The notes under the pieces are model-generated. The model was not told the DNA's origin. It was given only the letters and a program-made list of their open reading frames with translations, and made no database searches. A stretch of DNA of 64,000 nt from Camelus dromedarius (lineage: Eukaryota): contig NC_087436.1 in the NCBI RefSeq assembly GCF_036321535.1, forward strand, positions 30,134,001 to 30,198,000, written 5' to 3'. The position numbers were made by a program, and so were the translations under genes. Shown one piece after another: positions 39,491 to 52,859 of this stretch. Position 1 is the stretch's first letter. Each line of letters opens with the position of its first letter.

Positions 39491-42400
39491 AACATGCCTT
39501 TCCCTTTCTCCTCTCCTTCTCTTTCTCCGCACCCATTTATCATCACTCTAGTTTCATTTTGCATTATTTCATAATCTGTTTACATTTTTCTTTAAACTTT
39601 TTCATTTTTAGCGATTACCCAATATCCTATTGTATTTTTGTCAAGGAAGATAATTTACTGTCATTAAAAAAGAAATTTAAAGAAAAGATTCTCAAATCTG
39701 CTCCCCAATTTTTTCACCTGGTACACTGTGTAAAAATGACCAGCTACACAAAAATTATCATAAAATTCACATCTGTTATTATTAATAGTTTCAGTAGCAA
39801 TGATAGTTGAGATTCTGCCTACTGCAGTGAGAGTATCAGTTTATTAAAAAAAGGACTGGCATGGCCCTTCTATTCTATACCATTTTGTTATAAAGTGTTA
39901 CCTCTAAAATTACTAAACATCTTTGACCATTCTCTAGATTTTTGTTAATATTAGTTATGACTGTACCATGTACTCACAGATTATGAGATTCACATGAGAT
40001 AGTGCACATGAAAGCAGTTTGCAGACCACAATTGTGATGTGGAGTATAGCTACTTATCAGTAATACCAGTACATTAAAGGTGCCAAATTATAGTAATCCT
40101 GATTATGAATGATGTGAATATTTTCTTTTGAAATCACCATTTCTCCTCCACCATTATCTTCAAAACCACCCAAAGGAGTGGGGACTAGATCTGACAGATC
40201 ATTCTTGAGCTGAGGGGAAGCACCTACGTTGCCACAGCTCAGGTGAAAATGAGGGCTGGGACCTCAATTACTGTCAGATGCTATACTGTTAATTATAAAA
40301 TGTCTAGTGAGTTATAGTATTGTTGAATATTTTACAAGTTTTTCTGTCTCAGCCACAGATACATGATTTTTCTAAAGAGCAGTCTCAGCTTGGGAGACCC
40401 ATGTTTAGTTAAACATTTTAAAAAATTCTTTATGCAGAATTAATTAGTAGAAAATTTATAACAATAAGAAATCGTCAAACTCCTTAGGGGTGGAGGTTGG
40501 CAGAGAAATGGGAAGTGAAGAACTCAAAACTGCCTTCGATTGTGAATATACTAAGTTTTTATTAGTCATATTATTCTGATGACTATCCAGGAGGTTCAAA
40601 TGCCTAACCACTGGAGACAATCATAAATACGCAATACAGCAAAAATTTTCACATAATGAGCATAAATATACTTTCAGAAAAATCATAATCTAGCTCTCTC
40701 TAATCAAGTCTGCATTGTTGCATAAAGAATGCTAAGCAGCTGAGTATCAAGAAATGTTGGTAAAAGAAAACCAGAGAGAAATTATTTTGAAATGTTTTCC
40801 AAAAAATATTTTAATCCCTTTTTATTCAGCAAAAAGTAATTATAAGTTATAATTTATAATTAGGACAAAGTCTATATTTTTACTAATAAGATTCTAAAAT
40901 GAATTTTAAATTAACTAGAAAAGCATTTCCTTTACAGTCGAATTCGTTAAAGATTTCTGTTTGTCTTAGGGTGTATTTATAACTCTGACATTCCAGAATT
41001 ATTAATAAGAATTGTTGAGTGCTTTTAAAAGTTAGAATTTTTAATATAAGTAGTACAAAATTACATATGGATATTTAATCTAAAATAAAATAAGCATTGT
41101 AATCATCCTTCCTATTTTAAAATGTCTAGCTGCATATGTTTGAAGAAACAGTGGAAATAATCTGAATAGCATTTGAAAATGAGAAGAAACATTATCAGAC
41201 TCTGGGAAACAGCAGAATTTTTGTAAACATGGCCATTACATGGGGAAAACAATCCTTCCCATAGTAAAATCTTCTTTCTACTTATTTTCTTTTATATAAA
41301 TCAAAATATGAATTCTGTAGTAGTTAAAGATATATTAACATAGGCATTTCCAAATAAGGTTGATGCCTTTCTCAAAGAAGCAATAAAACAGAAAGCCTTA
41401 TGTTTTGTACCTTTATTACATTAATATTCTTCTTATCAAGCACTTTTCAAGGAAATAGGTATTGCTAACATTTATCCTGTGTAGTTTATAAATTAACTGA
41501 GATATAGGAATTTACTTTGTCATACATATTTAATAACTCAATTAGGAGTCTTTGAGTTTAGGTCTCCATCTATTTTCACTAAATAAAATAAAAATACAGT
41601 TTAAGAGAAGACGGAATCAAATATTAGAAGTTTCAAGTCTGTTGTTTTTTTCCTGTGACCTTGGTAATGATCATTCAAATATGCAATAATGTAGCTTCTT
41701 TTAGTAAAATGACTGCAAAAAAACTAACTTTTGAAAGTGTGTCTTACATAAGATGGCATTATCTTTCATAATGCATTTTTTCTAATTAAGCTAGCAATAT
41801 CATGTTTCCTAAGGATATTTGCAGGAAATTATTAAATTAGAGGTGAGATTTGCTTTCACTTTGTAAGACTACATTGTAAAGTCAGCCACAAACAGTTATT
41901 TGCTCTTAGACATTATGATGAGCTAGGTAAACTTGTATACCAAATGAAACATATTCATGGGGTGATGTTAAAGTTGAATAATATCCTGGGTTTTCCTCCA
42001 AATATAAATAACTGAAAAAGTCAGTCAATCATTGTTTTCATTTCCTATAAAAACAAACCCTGAAGTAAAAGAATATTATAATCAATTACAGATTTATGCA
42101 TTTTTATATATAAAACAATACATGTTATAGAATAAGGCTTAAAGAAATACCAGTGTATTGTTAGACAACAAGTATCTATCTCATGCTAAACTGCTACTGG
42201 CTTTCCTGTGTACATTTTGAAGAGATGTAACTCTTCCTCTTCATCTGCTCCGTCTTTCTGGGAGGGAGGGACAAGGTGAGCATCCAGGAGGTGCTGCAGC
42301 TTTGCTCATCAGTCTTGATTATGATGTATGTTGATTCTTCTTACAATGTATCCTTGAGTTATTAGGACAAAATTTATGAACTTTTTCATAATACAGATAT

Positions 42401-42679
42401 TAAGTGCTTCCTTTTCTGTTCATCTCCTCTGAATGCTTCTCTTTCAAAATGTCTGCTTTACATTTTTTGTTCCCAGATATATGAAGTTCTTTTTCCATAT
42501 AGTATTCATGGCATTGAAGAACACATACAGTTTATTACTGAGGATCATTTATATTACGTATAAAGTTTGATTATGTTTTTCAAGACCAAGAAACTGACTG
42601 TGTAAATAATATTCAATATCTTGAGTAAAGTTGTAAGTGCTACTGAGTAAACGGAAATATATTTAATTGCCTCGAGCCT

Positions 42680-43660
42680 GTTAAATATTTATTTAGCAAA
42701 TATACGTATACATAGTACACAGTATATATCACAGACAGTACTGGGAAAAAGGCAAATAAAATCTGCTTAATACTCCTGAAGGTTTAGGTAAGGGACTTTA
42801 CCCTTCCAGATAAAGATAGACATATAAGCAAGTAAGTGTAATAAAATAGTGTATTGATAAATACCAGAAGAACACACAAAAGAATCCTCAAAAAGCGGTC
42901 AGTTATGTTCCTCCTTAATGAGTCAGAAAACTTTTCACCCTGGGTAACATCCTGCTCAGTTTGAAAGATGACAATTGGCCAATAATCAGGGAGGTGGCAG
43001 ATGAAGGACCATGTCCTGGAGAAAGAAAGACTCTATGAGAGCCAGGGCAGTGTGTCAGCCAGAGGCATCAGCATCAGGAAAGGTAAAGTGATGAGAAGCA
43101 GTCAATGAAGTTCAAGATAATCAAAATAAAGAGCAGTTTAGAGCTAGCATCTCAGTATATGCTGCGAGAAGAAATACGGTTCAAGTCATAGTCAGTGATC
43201 AGATAGATATACAGCCTTCCATGCTGTCCGGAGGAGTGTATATCTAATATGTAAACACTAACCAAAAAAAAAAAAATTAAAGTTTTCTCAAGACTGTGGG
43301 GCAACAACTGACAGTTAAGTTTTAGGAAAAAGGATATATAGTTTTACTAAAATACAGATCTATTTTAGCAGTTGCATAGCAGATAGAGTGGGAGGTATGG
43401 GGAGACCTCTTTGAAGAACAACACAGTTGTCTATGTGAGAAATTATACCCGACTTAACTAAGACAGTAGTAGTGGAAACACAGGGGAAATATATAGGGAA
43501 TATAGAATAGAATCAATTCATATTTAATAGCTAAAATTGAGAAGATAAACTAAACTATTAATATACTTAATAAAGACATATAATAGTTTATAGCATTCAG
43601 CATTGGGACTTGGGCAATTGGGTTTTTCATGGTGTCATTGCCAGGAGAAGAAATAAAATA
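42680..43660 (-). mobile_element. L2 fragments (probably continuing at about 44.4-44.96 kb)
   Basis: aaatatttatttagcaaata..tttacccttccagata..ttggtttttcatggtgtcattg; purine-rich antisense L2 character. Confidence 0.55.
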
Positions 43661-43929
43661 TGGGGAAAAAAATGTTTTTTTGAATTCAAAGGCTAAGTGG
43701 AGAGAGCCGCAGTGCCATGTCTTTGTGGACGCCTCGGTGACTTGTAGTGCTGTGGGAGCATCAGGTAACAAGATTATGCCCACACGTGACACTGCTTTTG
43801 GCACCAGTTAGCATTCATAGGGGCTGGGAATTGAAGGATTAGGAGTCTGAGGCTAAACTATGAAAATGTTGACTTTGAGATGCTAGTGGAACTTCTAGTT
43901 AAGGAAGACTGTTCAGGAGTTGCTTAGGG

Positions 43930-44150
43930 GAGTAGTATAGCACTGAGTTAGGTCAAGAGAATGGGCTTTGTCATCACCCAAACTACTCCTCCTGAAAGTA
44001 AATCCCACTTGATATGACCTAGTTACTTTAGCTTTTTGGGCCTCAATTTTATCACCTCTGAAGAGAAAACTGTAATGCCTCGCTCAAAAGGTAATGTTAG
44101 GGTCAAATAAGAAAATGAATTCAAAGTGCTTAGTTCATATATAAACGTCT
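43930..44150 (+). mobile_element. MIR
   Basis: tgacctagttactttagctttttgggcctcaattttatcacctctgaa..aaagtgcttag. Confidence 0.7.
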
Positions 44151-47100
44151 GGGTCAGGAATTTATATCACACATGGTTACTGATTTACGAATCATCATCA
44201 TAATGGTGGTTGAAGTCAGTAGAGTATACAAGATGATTCGGAGACAATTTGGTTTTTGATCCCTGCTAAAGGAAATGTAAAGAATAAAAATAGAGTTAGA
44301 AGAAAAAATGATTAAGAAATAAGTAACCAGGGAGGACACTGTTTCATTGGGGGAAAAAAAAATATATATATATATATACACACACATACATATATTTATA
44401 TAATTGTTAAAAGTGCCCAGTTCTACAAAGCAGCCAGAATAGTTCTTTTTTCAGTACTTCTTTGCAGAGTACTGAAAAGAAGGAATTCAGTGAAAGGAAC
44501 TAAGGGAACACTGGTGTCATTTGCTAGTGGATTGCTTTGAATGGAAAGCAGTTCACTCTGTGTTAAGGAAAGAATGGATAAAAAAAGAAAAAAAAATGGG
44601 TAATGAGTGGAGTCTCTTTTGTGAAAGAACTTGGATTAAGAAAAAAAAATAAGGTGATGACTAGAGAGAGAGGCACAGAACTGAGACGTGTTCTTTGTGT
44701 GTATTCACAGGGGTGATATGAGGCAAAGGTTGAAAATACAAGAATGTGGGATGATGGTACTAAGGAAAAAAAGAGTAAATTAGATAAAGGTTAGAGACGG
44801 AGGTAGTAAACAGGAGACGAGCAGAAAGAAGACCTGCTAGATTCACCTATGATATGTTTATAATTATGAGAAGTTCAGTGGTATTAACCTCGTTTTTTCC
44901 CTCTGCTGAGGTAAATCATCTGCTAAGAATGTGGGTTAGGAGGACAAAAGGCTTAAAAGAATTAGATAAACTCATTGTAGCTCCGCCAATCTCAGTCTAT
45001 GTAAATGTATTTTCATACATTTAAATAAATTTGTTTCACTATTAAATAGACACAGAATAACTATGATATCTGAACATTTCTTATTTTGAAAATTAGTTCC
45101 TGTTTGGATTTTTGTCCCTAAGAAAAAGGGATCAGTGATAAAAATTAATTTATTGTAATTCTGAATTAACCATTTAGGGATTTTTTTTCCAACTTTATAC
45201 ACTTATTTAATATCTATTGGTACAAAATTATGAAGTAAACTATATATATTCTGGAAGGCTAAATTAAACTTTTAATAAAACAATAATACTTTGCAGAAAT
45301 AAGTCAGTTGATTGATGAATGTCAGTGTTTCCTTGGTACATGTTTTATAACTGTGAATATATTTTTGTGTTTATTTACCTGGAATATTAATAATATCATT
45401 GACTGAATTAATACCTCATATTGAAAATAAAAATAGAAGGGAGATATCTTACAGTGGACATTGTATGTTTATTAATACTTCCAAAGTTATGAGAGCTTAC
45501 ATTGACTATTGTGATATTGAGACATACCAGATCAGAGACTTTTCCCATTGCAACCTAAGTAAATAAAAGTGTAAATATATTTAGCTTATTAAGCAAAAAT
45601 TAATCATGTTATCCAAAAAGGCTTAGGGGAGGCATAAGATAGAACAGCCACTAATGGGAAAACTAGACTTTTGAACTTCTAGTTATGGCCTTTGATTTCT
45701 ATGCAATCCTAATTCTATCAGCACATCCATTTATATACTTCATCTTTGCCAGGATATGCCCAGGATCCCAGCCTGATTCTAATCCTCTCTCTAGCAATGG
45801 CAATAGCTATGTTTTTGGAAAGAGTTTAAATGTCAACCTAAACTCTTTCATTAAACCAAGCAGTTCAAAAGTAAACTTGAGTTGGAATGTTTATTGTGCT
45901 GGTCAGTTTTTAGCTTTAATGGGAAAAAAATCCATTCTTATATCTACCTGTGTGTAGTTCTCTAAATATTTTTTATATGTCATTTTATGTGTGTCACACT
46001 TAGGAATTTATTTTTGTCTGTACATGTATATATATATTTATATATGGTCTTAGAAATACATTTTACAATTCATTGATAATAATAAATAAAAGAATTGCAA
46101 TGACACTAAAAAGCATTCTTTCTTAGAGGAGTTTAGAATTTATTAAGAGATATATATAATACACATGTCTATGGAGCCAATGATGTATATATGCAAACAA
46201 ATAGACTATTATAATAAACCTTTAAAGAAATAAATTGAGCTACACTAGGCCAAGTAATCAGTCAAATTACACATTAAAAAAGACAAAAGTTAACTATGTT
46301 AATAATAATCTGCTTTGCACAGTGAGGCATTTTGTGGTAAAGTTGCAGAGAGTTAATTCTATCTGGATAAAGTAATGAGATATGACTTATAAATTCACAA
46401 GTTATCAGGTAAATTATATATGTGATATCCCTGATTTTCCTCCTTTTTAGCAATGACTAGGAATGGCATGTGGAATGGATCATATTTAGAACACGGTGAA
46501 TATGCTGGGTTTCTAGGGACAAAAGTCGTGATGGTTTTCCCTGGGTTGCAGTACTGCAACTCACTGTGTACATGTGGGCGTTAAGCGGAGATCAAAAATC
46601 TTGTTGCTTTCAGATTTGCATTATTGTTCATTTATGTCACTATAATGAAAAAATATTTAATAGCAATTAATGTTGTTTGTCTTTATAGACTATATCAATA
46701 AAGTATTAAAGAAAAGAGTAATTTTTAGGTAAGACAGAACAAATTTGGTAGTTGTACCATATTACTTTGGGCTGAAAGATTTAAACCACAAATGAGAATC
46801 TTCCCTGGTCTGGAAATAAGCTCTAAGCAATCAGAATGTAAGAATTTGTTCTGACTTACTCCAACCCATCCTCAGTTCCATTAACTAAACTCCTAAATGA
46901 CTGAATTCTTTTTTTCTAAATCTAAATTTGTGCTTAAAAACTCTCTTCCCAAACTACCATTTCAATAGATGAACCTCTGATTCTCATCTAGAGCTTGACT
47001 TTCTTCCAGTACATTATGTGATCAAATCAATCAGTCTTAATAATATTTACATATGCCAAACATGAATAATAAGCTTTATTTTATTTCGGTTTTCTATGTT

Positions 47101-48438
47101 TCTGAATTATATTAAGCCTATGAGACTTTAAATCTGTGCTTTTATTCACTTTCACTGCCATTGTGTGGCTTTTCTGAAGCTCAACTCTCCTCTGCTAAGC
47201 TTCTTTTGAAGTCTGCTGGCAAAAAATATCTCCAAATTCTGGGCTCATTTCTGAGTTTCCTTCCATCCAGCATTTTGACCTCTCAATTCCTTGCTACATT
47301 GGAAATCCTCCATATAGCCTCAAAATATATATTTCTAAAATATTTTCCAGCTTTCCTAGCTGTTCTCTCATTGAGCTATATTTTTTTTGGTTTTGGATTT
47401 TGTTTTGTTTTGTTTGATTTGGTATGAAACTCATGCAGAGCCAGCATACAGCTAGTGTTCACTAATTCAGACACAAATGCAATTAAATGCAAGTTGCAGA
47501 CATATTTTATAAAATGTTGAAGATACTAGTTTGTGAAAATGAAGCTATACAAATCAATCATAAAAATAAAAAATCTGGAGATATGATGTAAGTTGTAAAT
47601 GTTTAAGATTATAGCAGAGCCATCATTATACACTCTAAAAGATAATAATTAACATTTAGAATCACTGCATTTTTCAGATGAAAGAACTGACATCTATGAG
47701 TTAACTTTTCACAAGAACTCATAGAAACCTAATGCCAATTACTGAGCTATAATTTTAGTTTTTATATCATTTATCAATTTAATATGGCCACGATCAGACA
47801 GAAATCTACAGTCTCATAGACCTTAACATAGCTTTTAATTTTACAGACAAAGAAACCAAGACTCTAAGAGGTACATTTGAGCAAACAAAACTAGAACTAC
47901 ATTGCCCATTTCCATCATGAGAGGTTGTTTCTTTGAAACCATGGTATTGAAGAGCAAATTTAAATTAGGTTCTCTTTTTTTTTCTAAGAGTAACTTGGTA
48001 AAAAATGTGTTAATGCTAATAAAAGTGTCATTTTAAATAATTAAGGAAATTTTGTGTGGGCCAATTGCAATAAATAAATAACTTGAAAGAGTAAGAAAGA
48101 AAAAAAGAACAAAAAGACAACTTGATAATGAGATAATAATACACACTGTATGAAAGCCAGTTAATTGAAGGTTTGTCATGACCAGTGAATGCTACTTGTG
48201 AATCCTCTTGAGAAAATAATAGCCTGCTAAAAGAAGAAAAATGATCAAGAGGAAAAGATCGCAGAAGAGTATAAATTAGCATATTTTAATCTATGCGTTG
48301 TCAAAACATAACGGTCACTCTTAGCTCAAAACAGAAGAGAACATATCTACATGGATTTGCTAACTTTATCAAACTGACCACTCCAAAATATTTTAGCACC
48401 CCCAATTAATTTTTCCTATGTTTATCAGGTCATCCTTT

Positions 48439-48462
48439 GTGCTCGCTTTGGCAGCACATATA
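48439..48462 (+). pseudogene. RNU6: 3'-truncated (tailless) U6 snRNA retropseudogene, U6 nt 1-24
   Basis: gtgctcgctttggcagcacatata versus U6 5' end GTGCTCGCTTCGGCAGCACATATA (23/24, CpG transition); flanked by direct repeats tatgtttatcaggtca (48417-48432 and 48464-48479). Confidence 0.85.
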
Positions 48463-50635
48463 TTATGTTTATCAGGTCAGCCCTTTTTTAGACAGCTCAT
48501 AAAGAGTTTCTTTTTTAAAATTACACCCCTTTAAAGAATTCCCTCTCTTCATTTTTCTTCTGAATCCCCAAGACTGGAGTTACTCTCCAGCAGCACTACT
48601 GTGTGTTAGAAGATGTGTTAGAACTCTAAAATATCTACTTAGGTAAGTTTTTTTAATTTTTATTTCATGCTGAGCCCACTTCGGAATATCCTATTTTCAC
48701 TGGATGATAGATCTCTGCCAGGCATGCCCAACATTGTGGAGGGATGAATCAGATACACTTGCTTTGTATTGAACAAAGTAAAATCACCATTCATTTTCAA
48801 CCTTAATCTTTTCCCTATTATTCAGAGGAGAATAGGTGATGTATGTCAGTGACCAGTGAGGGTCTGCTTGTTACAAATGCCTGCGATTTTCCTATTAGGA
48901 TTTGTCATAGAAATCTTGTGCCCTATTGGATCTGGTAGGTCAGAAGTGGACCACATGGCAGAGTTTTTTGTAGGGTAACCTGGATTCAATGACTAGTTTA
49001 TTGCTCTGGACCATACTTACAGTAGGAGTTCTTTAGGTATTGAAGTTACCTATTCCAACTGCAAATATCATTGCAAACATAGGAATTAGAAGCATGAGTA
49101 TCTCCTGGTTTCAAAGTTCCGCTGAGCTCCCTGTGAGAGGCACTCTGGTTTGTCACCTGTCTCGCTGATGCAGCACAATGGCATCTGGCACCTTCAAGAA
49201 TTAGAGTTAGCTCAGGACCATAGCCAAACCTCTAAAAAGTAGTTATCCATCCCCTGCAGCTTGGACTTTTTCTTTTCCCTGAGTTCAGAAATACCCTTTT
49301 GAATGCCCTCAGGTCACCAAAAATGAAAATAGAAGGCAGGGTGTGGTACACCTCTGTGGTTTTACATCAGCATACCAGGGTGCCTCTTCAGGCTAATGAA
49401 ACTGCTATTTATTTACTGATCTTGAATCTAAGAACAGACTCAGAACTGAGACATGGGCCAGAGACTCCGACTTGGTGATTCATTCCTACCCCACAAAGGC
49501 TTTACATCTCTTACTCTACTTACGTTGAAAGATGACTGGCCTTTCAGTGTCCTTTTGTGTCTTAAAGTTTGCATTTTCCCATACATATACATGCATGCAC
49601 ACACATTACTACACACGATTCCTCAAGATAGTTTGTTGAAAGCTAAATGCCCTTGTATCAACACTGAATTAATAGGTTAAATATTCTGTAATAAAACACC
49701 CACCCACACACACATACACAATCCCACTTTTAACCTTATTTTATAGGATTTGTAAATGATACAAATTAGCGATTTCCTGAAATTTCATTTGCTTAAAAGT
49801 CTTTACCACCTAGTTGATAAGCTGTAGGAACAAGATAGGTCAACTACCTGGAGTCTAGGGAGCATAAAATGCTCCAGTTTATTGTACGGTAATGAATGAG
49901 ATCAAACTCTTTTCTGTCTTCATTATCAAGATTCAAAATCTTAGGAATGTCTAATTAGTTTAGCCTCAGTCAGAACTCAGATAGGAAAAGAAAAACACCT
50001 TGATTCATAACCTATATATATTCATGCACAAAACAGGGAGGAGTAATTCCACAAAGGTTTCTCTTGTCTAAGAACGTTTATGGAATACAAGACGCTAAAG
50101 TGAAGAAAGTTAATGATGGCTCAGATCATCAGGTTAAAGACACTCCCATTCGCAGTTGAGCAAAGTTACTTGCGTTCACGCAGATCTCTTCCTCTAGTGC
50201 TCTGATGACTCTGCTAGAGCTTCGTCTCCTCTTGGTGAAAGCCAGTCCCTCTCTCCCTCCTCCTGTGCTCATGATCGTAAATGCATCACTTCCTCTCTCT
50301 CAAAATTTACATCACCAATTCTCCTTTCTCTTTTCTATATTTTCAAGCCCTTGGTCAACTTGAATTTTCCTCATACTTTTAAAACATCCTCAAGTTTCGT
50401 CATCTTTAAAAATTCTTTTTTTTTTTTTTTTGCTCAAGCTTCCAATGAGAACTATCTATAAAATTCCCAAAAATCACACCAGTGAGCTTTTGAAAGTTTC
50501 TGGGGTTTTGTTTTGTTTTGTTTTTAGTACTTGCTGCTCCATTTCTTCACTCTCAGTTTCTCCTTCATCTACTCTTATATGCTTTCACCACTATCACTAT
50601 ACCTAAAGGTCTTGATAAAATCCTATCTGGTACTC

Positions 50636-51692
50636 TTTTTTTTTCTTTTTTTTAATTGAGGTATAGTTAGTTTACAATACTGTGTCAATTTCTGGTATAC
50701 GGCATGATGTTTCAGTCATACATATACATGCACATATTCATTTTCATATTCTTCTTCATTATAGGTTACTACAAGGTATTGAATATAGTTCCCTGTGCTA
50801 TACAGAAGAAACTTGTTTTTTTTAATCTATTTTATATATAGTAGCTAATATTTGCAAATCTCAAACTCATAATTTATCCCTTCCCTACTCTTTTTCCCCC
50901 AGGTAACCATAAGTTTGTTAACTATGTCTGCAGGTCTGTTTCCGTTTTGTAGATAAATTCATTAGTGTCTTTTTTCTTTCATTAGATTGCACATATGAGT
51001 GATATTATATGGTATTTTTCTTTCTCTTTCTGGCTTGCTTCACTTAGAATGACAGTCTCCAGGTCCATCCATGTTGCTACAAATGGCATTATTTTATTCT
51101 ATTTTATGGCTGAATAGTATTCCGTTATATAACTATACCATGGCTTCTTAATCCAGTCCTCTGTCGATGGACAGTTAGGTTGCTTCCATGTCTTGGTTAC
51201 TGTATAGATAGTGCTGCTATGAACATTGGGGTGCATGTATCTTTTTGAATTAGAGTTCCCTCCAGATATATGCCCAGGAGTGGGATTGCTGGATCAGATG
51301 GTAAGTCTATTTTCAGCTTTATGAGGAATCTCCATACTGTTTTCCACAATGGCTACACCAAGTTACATTCCCACCAATAGGGTAGGAGGGTTCTCTTTTC
51401 TTCACAGCCTCTCCAGCAGTTGGTTTTTTACTTTTTAATGATGGCCATTCTGACTGGTGTGAGGTGATACCTCATTGTAGTTTTGATTTTCATTTCTCTG
51501 GTCATTAGCGACAGTGTGCATTTTTTCATGTGTCTACTGGCCATTTGTCCGGCTCCACTGGAGAACTGCTTGTTTAAGTCTTCTACCAGTTTTAGGGTTG
51601 GGTTTATTGTTGTTGTTCTTGTTATTAAGTTGTATAAGCTGTTTACATATTCTAGAAATTAATCTTTTGTCAGTTGCATCATTAGCAAATAT
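50636..51692 (-). mobile_element. Young 5'-truncated L1 (3' UTR plus ORF2 end)
   Basis: Collinear with, and similar to, the L1 at 23925-25073. Confidence 0.92.
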
Positions 51693-52057
51693 TGACTATT
51701 TAGTTCTTCTTGAAATACTCACTTTTCTTGACATAGTGAAGTCACACGTTTAAGGTTTTTTTCCTATACATCTGGATCATCCCTTTAAAAATCCCTAGCA
51801 ATTTTGTCTTCAATTTTGTCTTAAAAGTATGATTTTCTCAGTGTTGAGTCTGAGGGCCACTTTCCTTTTATTTCTGGGTTTTTTTTTTTTTTTTTTTTTT
51901 TTTTTTGCCATACTGAATCTCACCCAGGACTGTGATTTAAAGTACAATATAAATGCCAAACCTGCCATGCACATATCTCCAGCTTAGAACCTATCTTTAC
52001 ACTATAGTCTTACATGTACATCTTCCTAATGGACATTATTTTATTGATTCAAATAGC

Positions 52058-52522
52058 TGTTAGTGAAAAATTAATCAATTGATCTAAGAAAGAAATGGAA
52101 AAATTTACTTGAGCCAAATTTGAGGATTATAAACTGGGAAGACTATCTCAGAAAGTTCTGAAAACTATTCCACTGATTAGAAATCATGATAGAATTATAT
52201 TCATTTTTTTGAGAAAGAGGGCTGTACATCAAATGACATATTACTGACAGTTTCATAATCCTGACCTAAGTGTCATCCTGGTGGGTCATGTGATGCCTTA
52301 CAAGATGGAGAAGGATACCTTTTAAGGAGTTGTCTTGTTGATGCTGGGAGAATGTTGCTCTTTATAGTTGAGCAGGTATTCATGCCAGTGGGGGAGGTTT
52401 GGTTGTTGTAAATGCAGACACACAATGTATGGTGGGGGCAAGTAAAAGGCCAAAGGGCAGAGAAGAAATTTTTAAGTTTAAATTTTTCTTGTCTTGCCAT
52501 AAAATGTGAATTTTATATCACA
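52058..52522 (-). mobile_element. ERV1-like solo LTR
   Basis: Begins tgttag and ends atcaca; tttacttgagccaaatttgaggat motif typical of antisense MER4-group-like LTRs; TSD unclear. Confidence 0.7.
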
Positions 52523-52712
52523 TAATCAAGAAAACATATGTTCAAAATCAAATTCATGATCTCTTTTCTTCACCCTGGTAAATATTCCTCTTCCATTATC
52601 TCTTCTATAAATGCCATCAATATTTACTTAATTATACAAGACTCTAATAGTACAAGAAAATGAAAGCATATACATTTGTCACCTCCTGACTCTTCTGTAG
52701 TGCTTCAGTTAT

Positions 52713-52776
52713 GAAAGAAGGAAAGAAAGGAAGGAAGGAAGGAAGGAAGGAAGGAAGGAAGGAAGGAAGGAAGGAA

Positions 52777-52854
<78 letters not shown>

Positions 52855-52859
52855 AAAGA
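52713..52859. repeat. (GGAA)n(GAAA)n microsatellite, 147 nt purine-only
   Basis: Directly visible. Confidence 0.98.

Larger units (their letters stand above)
50200..52700 (+). mobile_element. Degraded L2, interrupted by an L1 and an LTR
   Basis: Pyrimidine-rich sense L2-like pieces at about 50.2-50.63, 51.7-52.05 and 52.53-52.7 kb (catatctccagcttagaacc; tgttcaaaatcaaattcatgatct). Confidence 0.55.

Noticed and set aside
46545..46560. Perfect 16-bp palindrome GTTGCAGTACTGCAAC
   Set aside because: About one 8-bp-arm palindrome is expected by chance in 64 kb
48439..48462. Functional U6 snRNA gene
   Set aside because: Only 24 nt, lacks the ACAGAGA box and the rest of U6, and is flanked by a TSD
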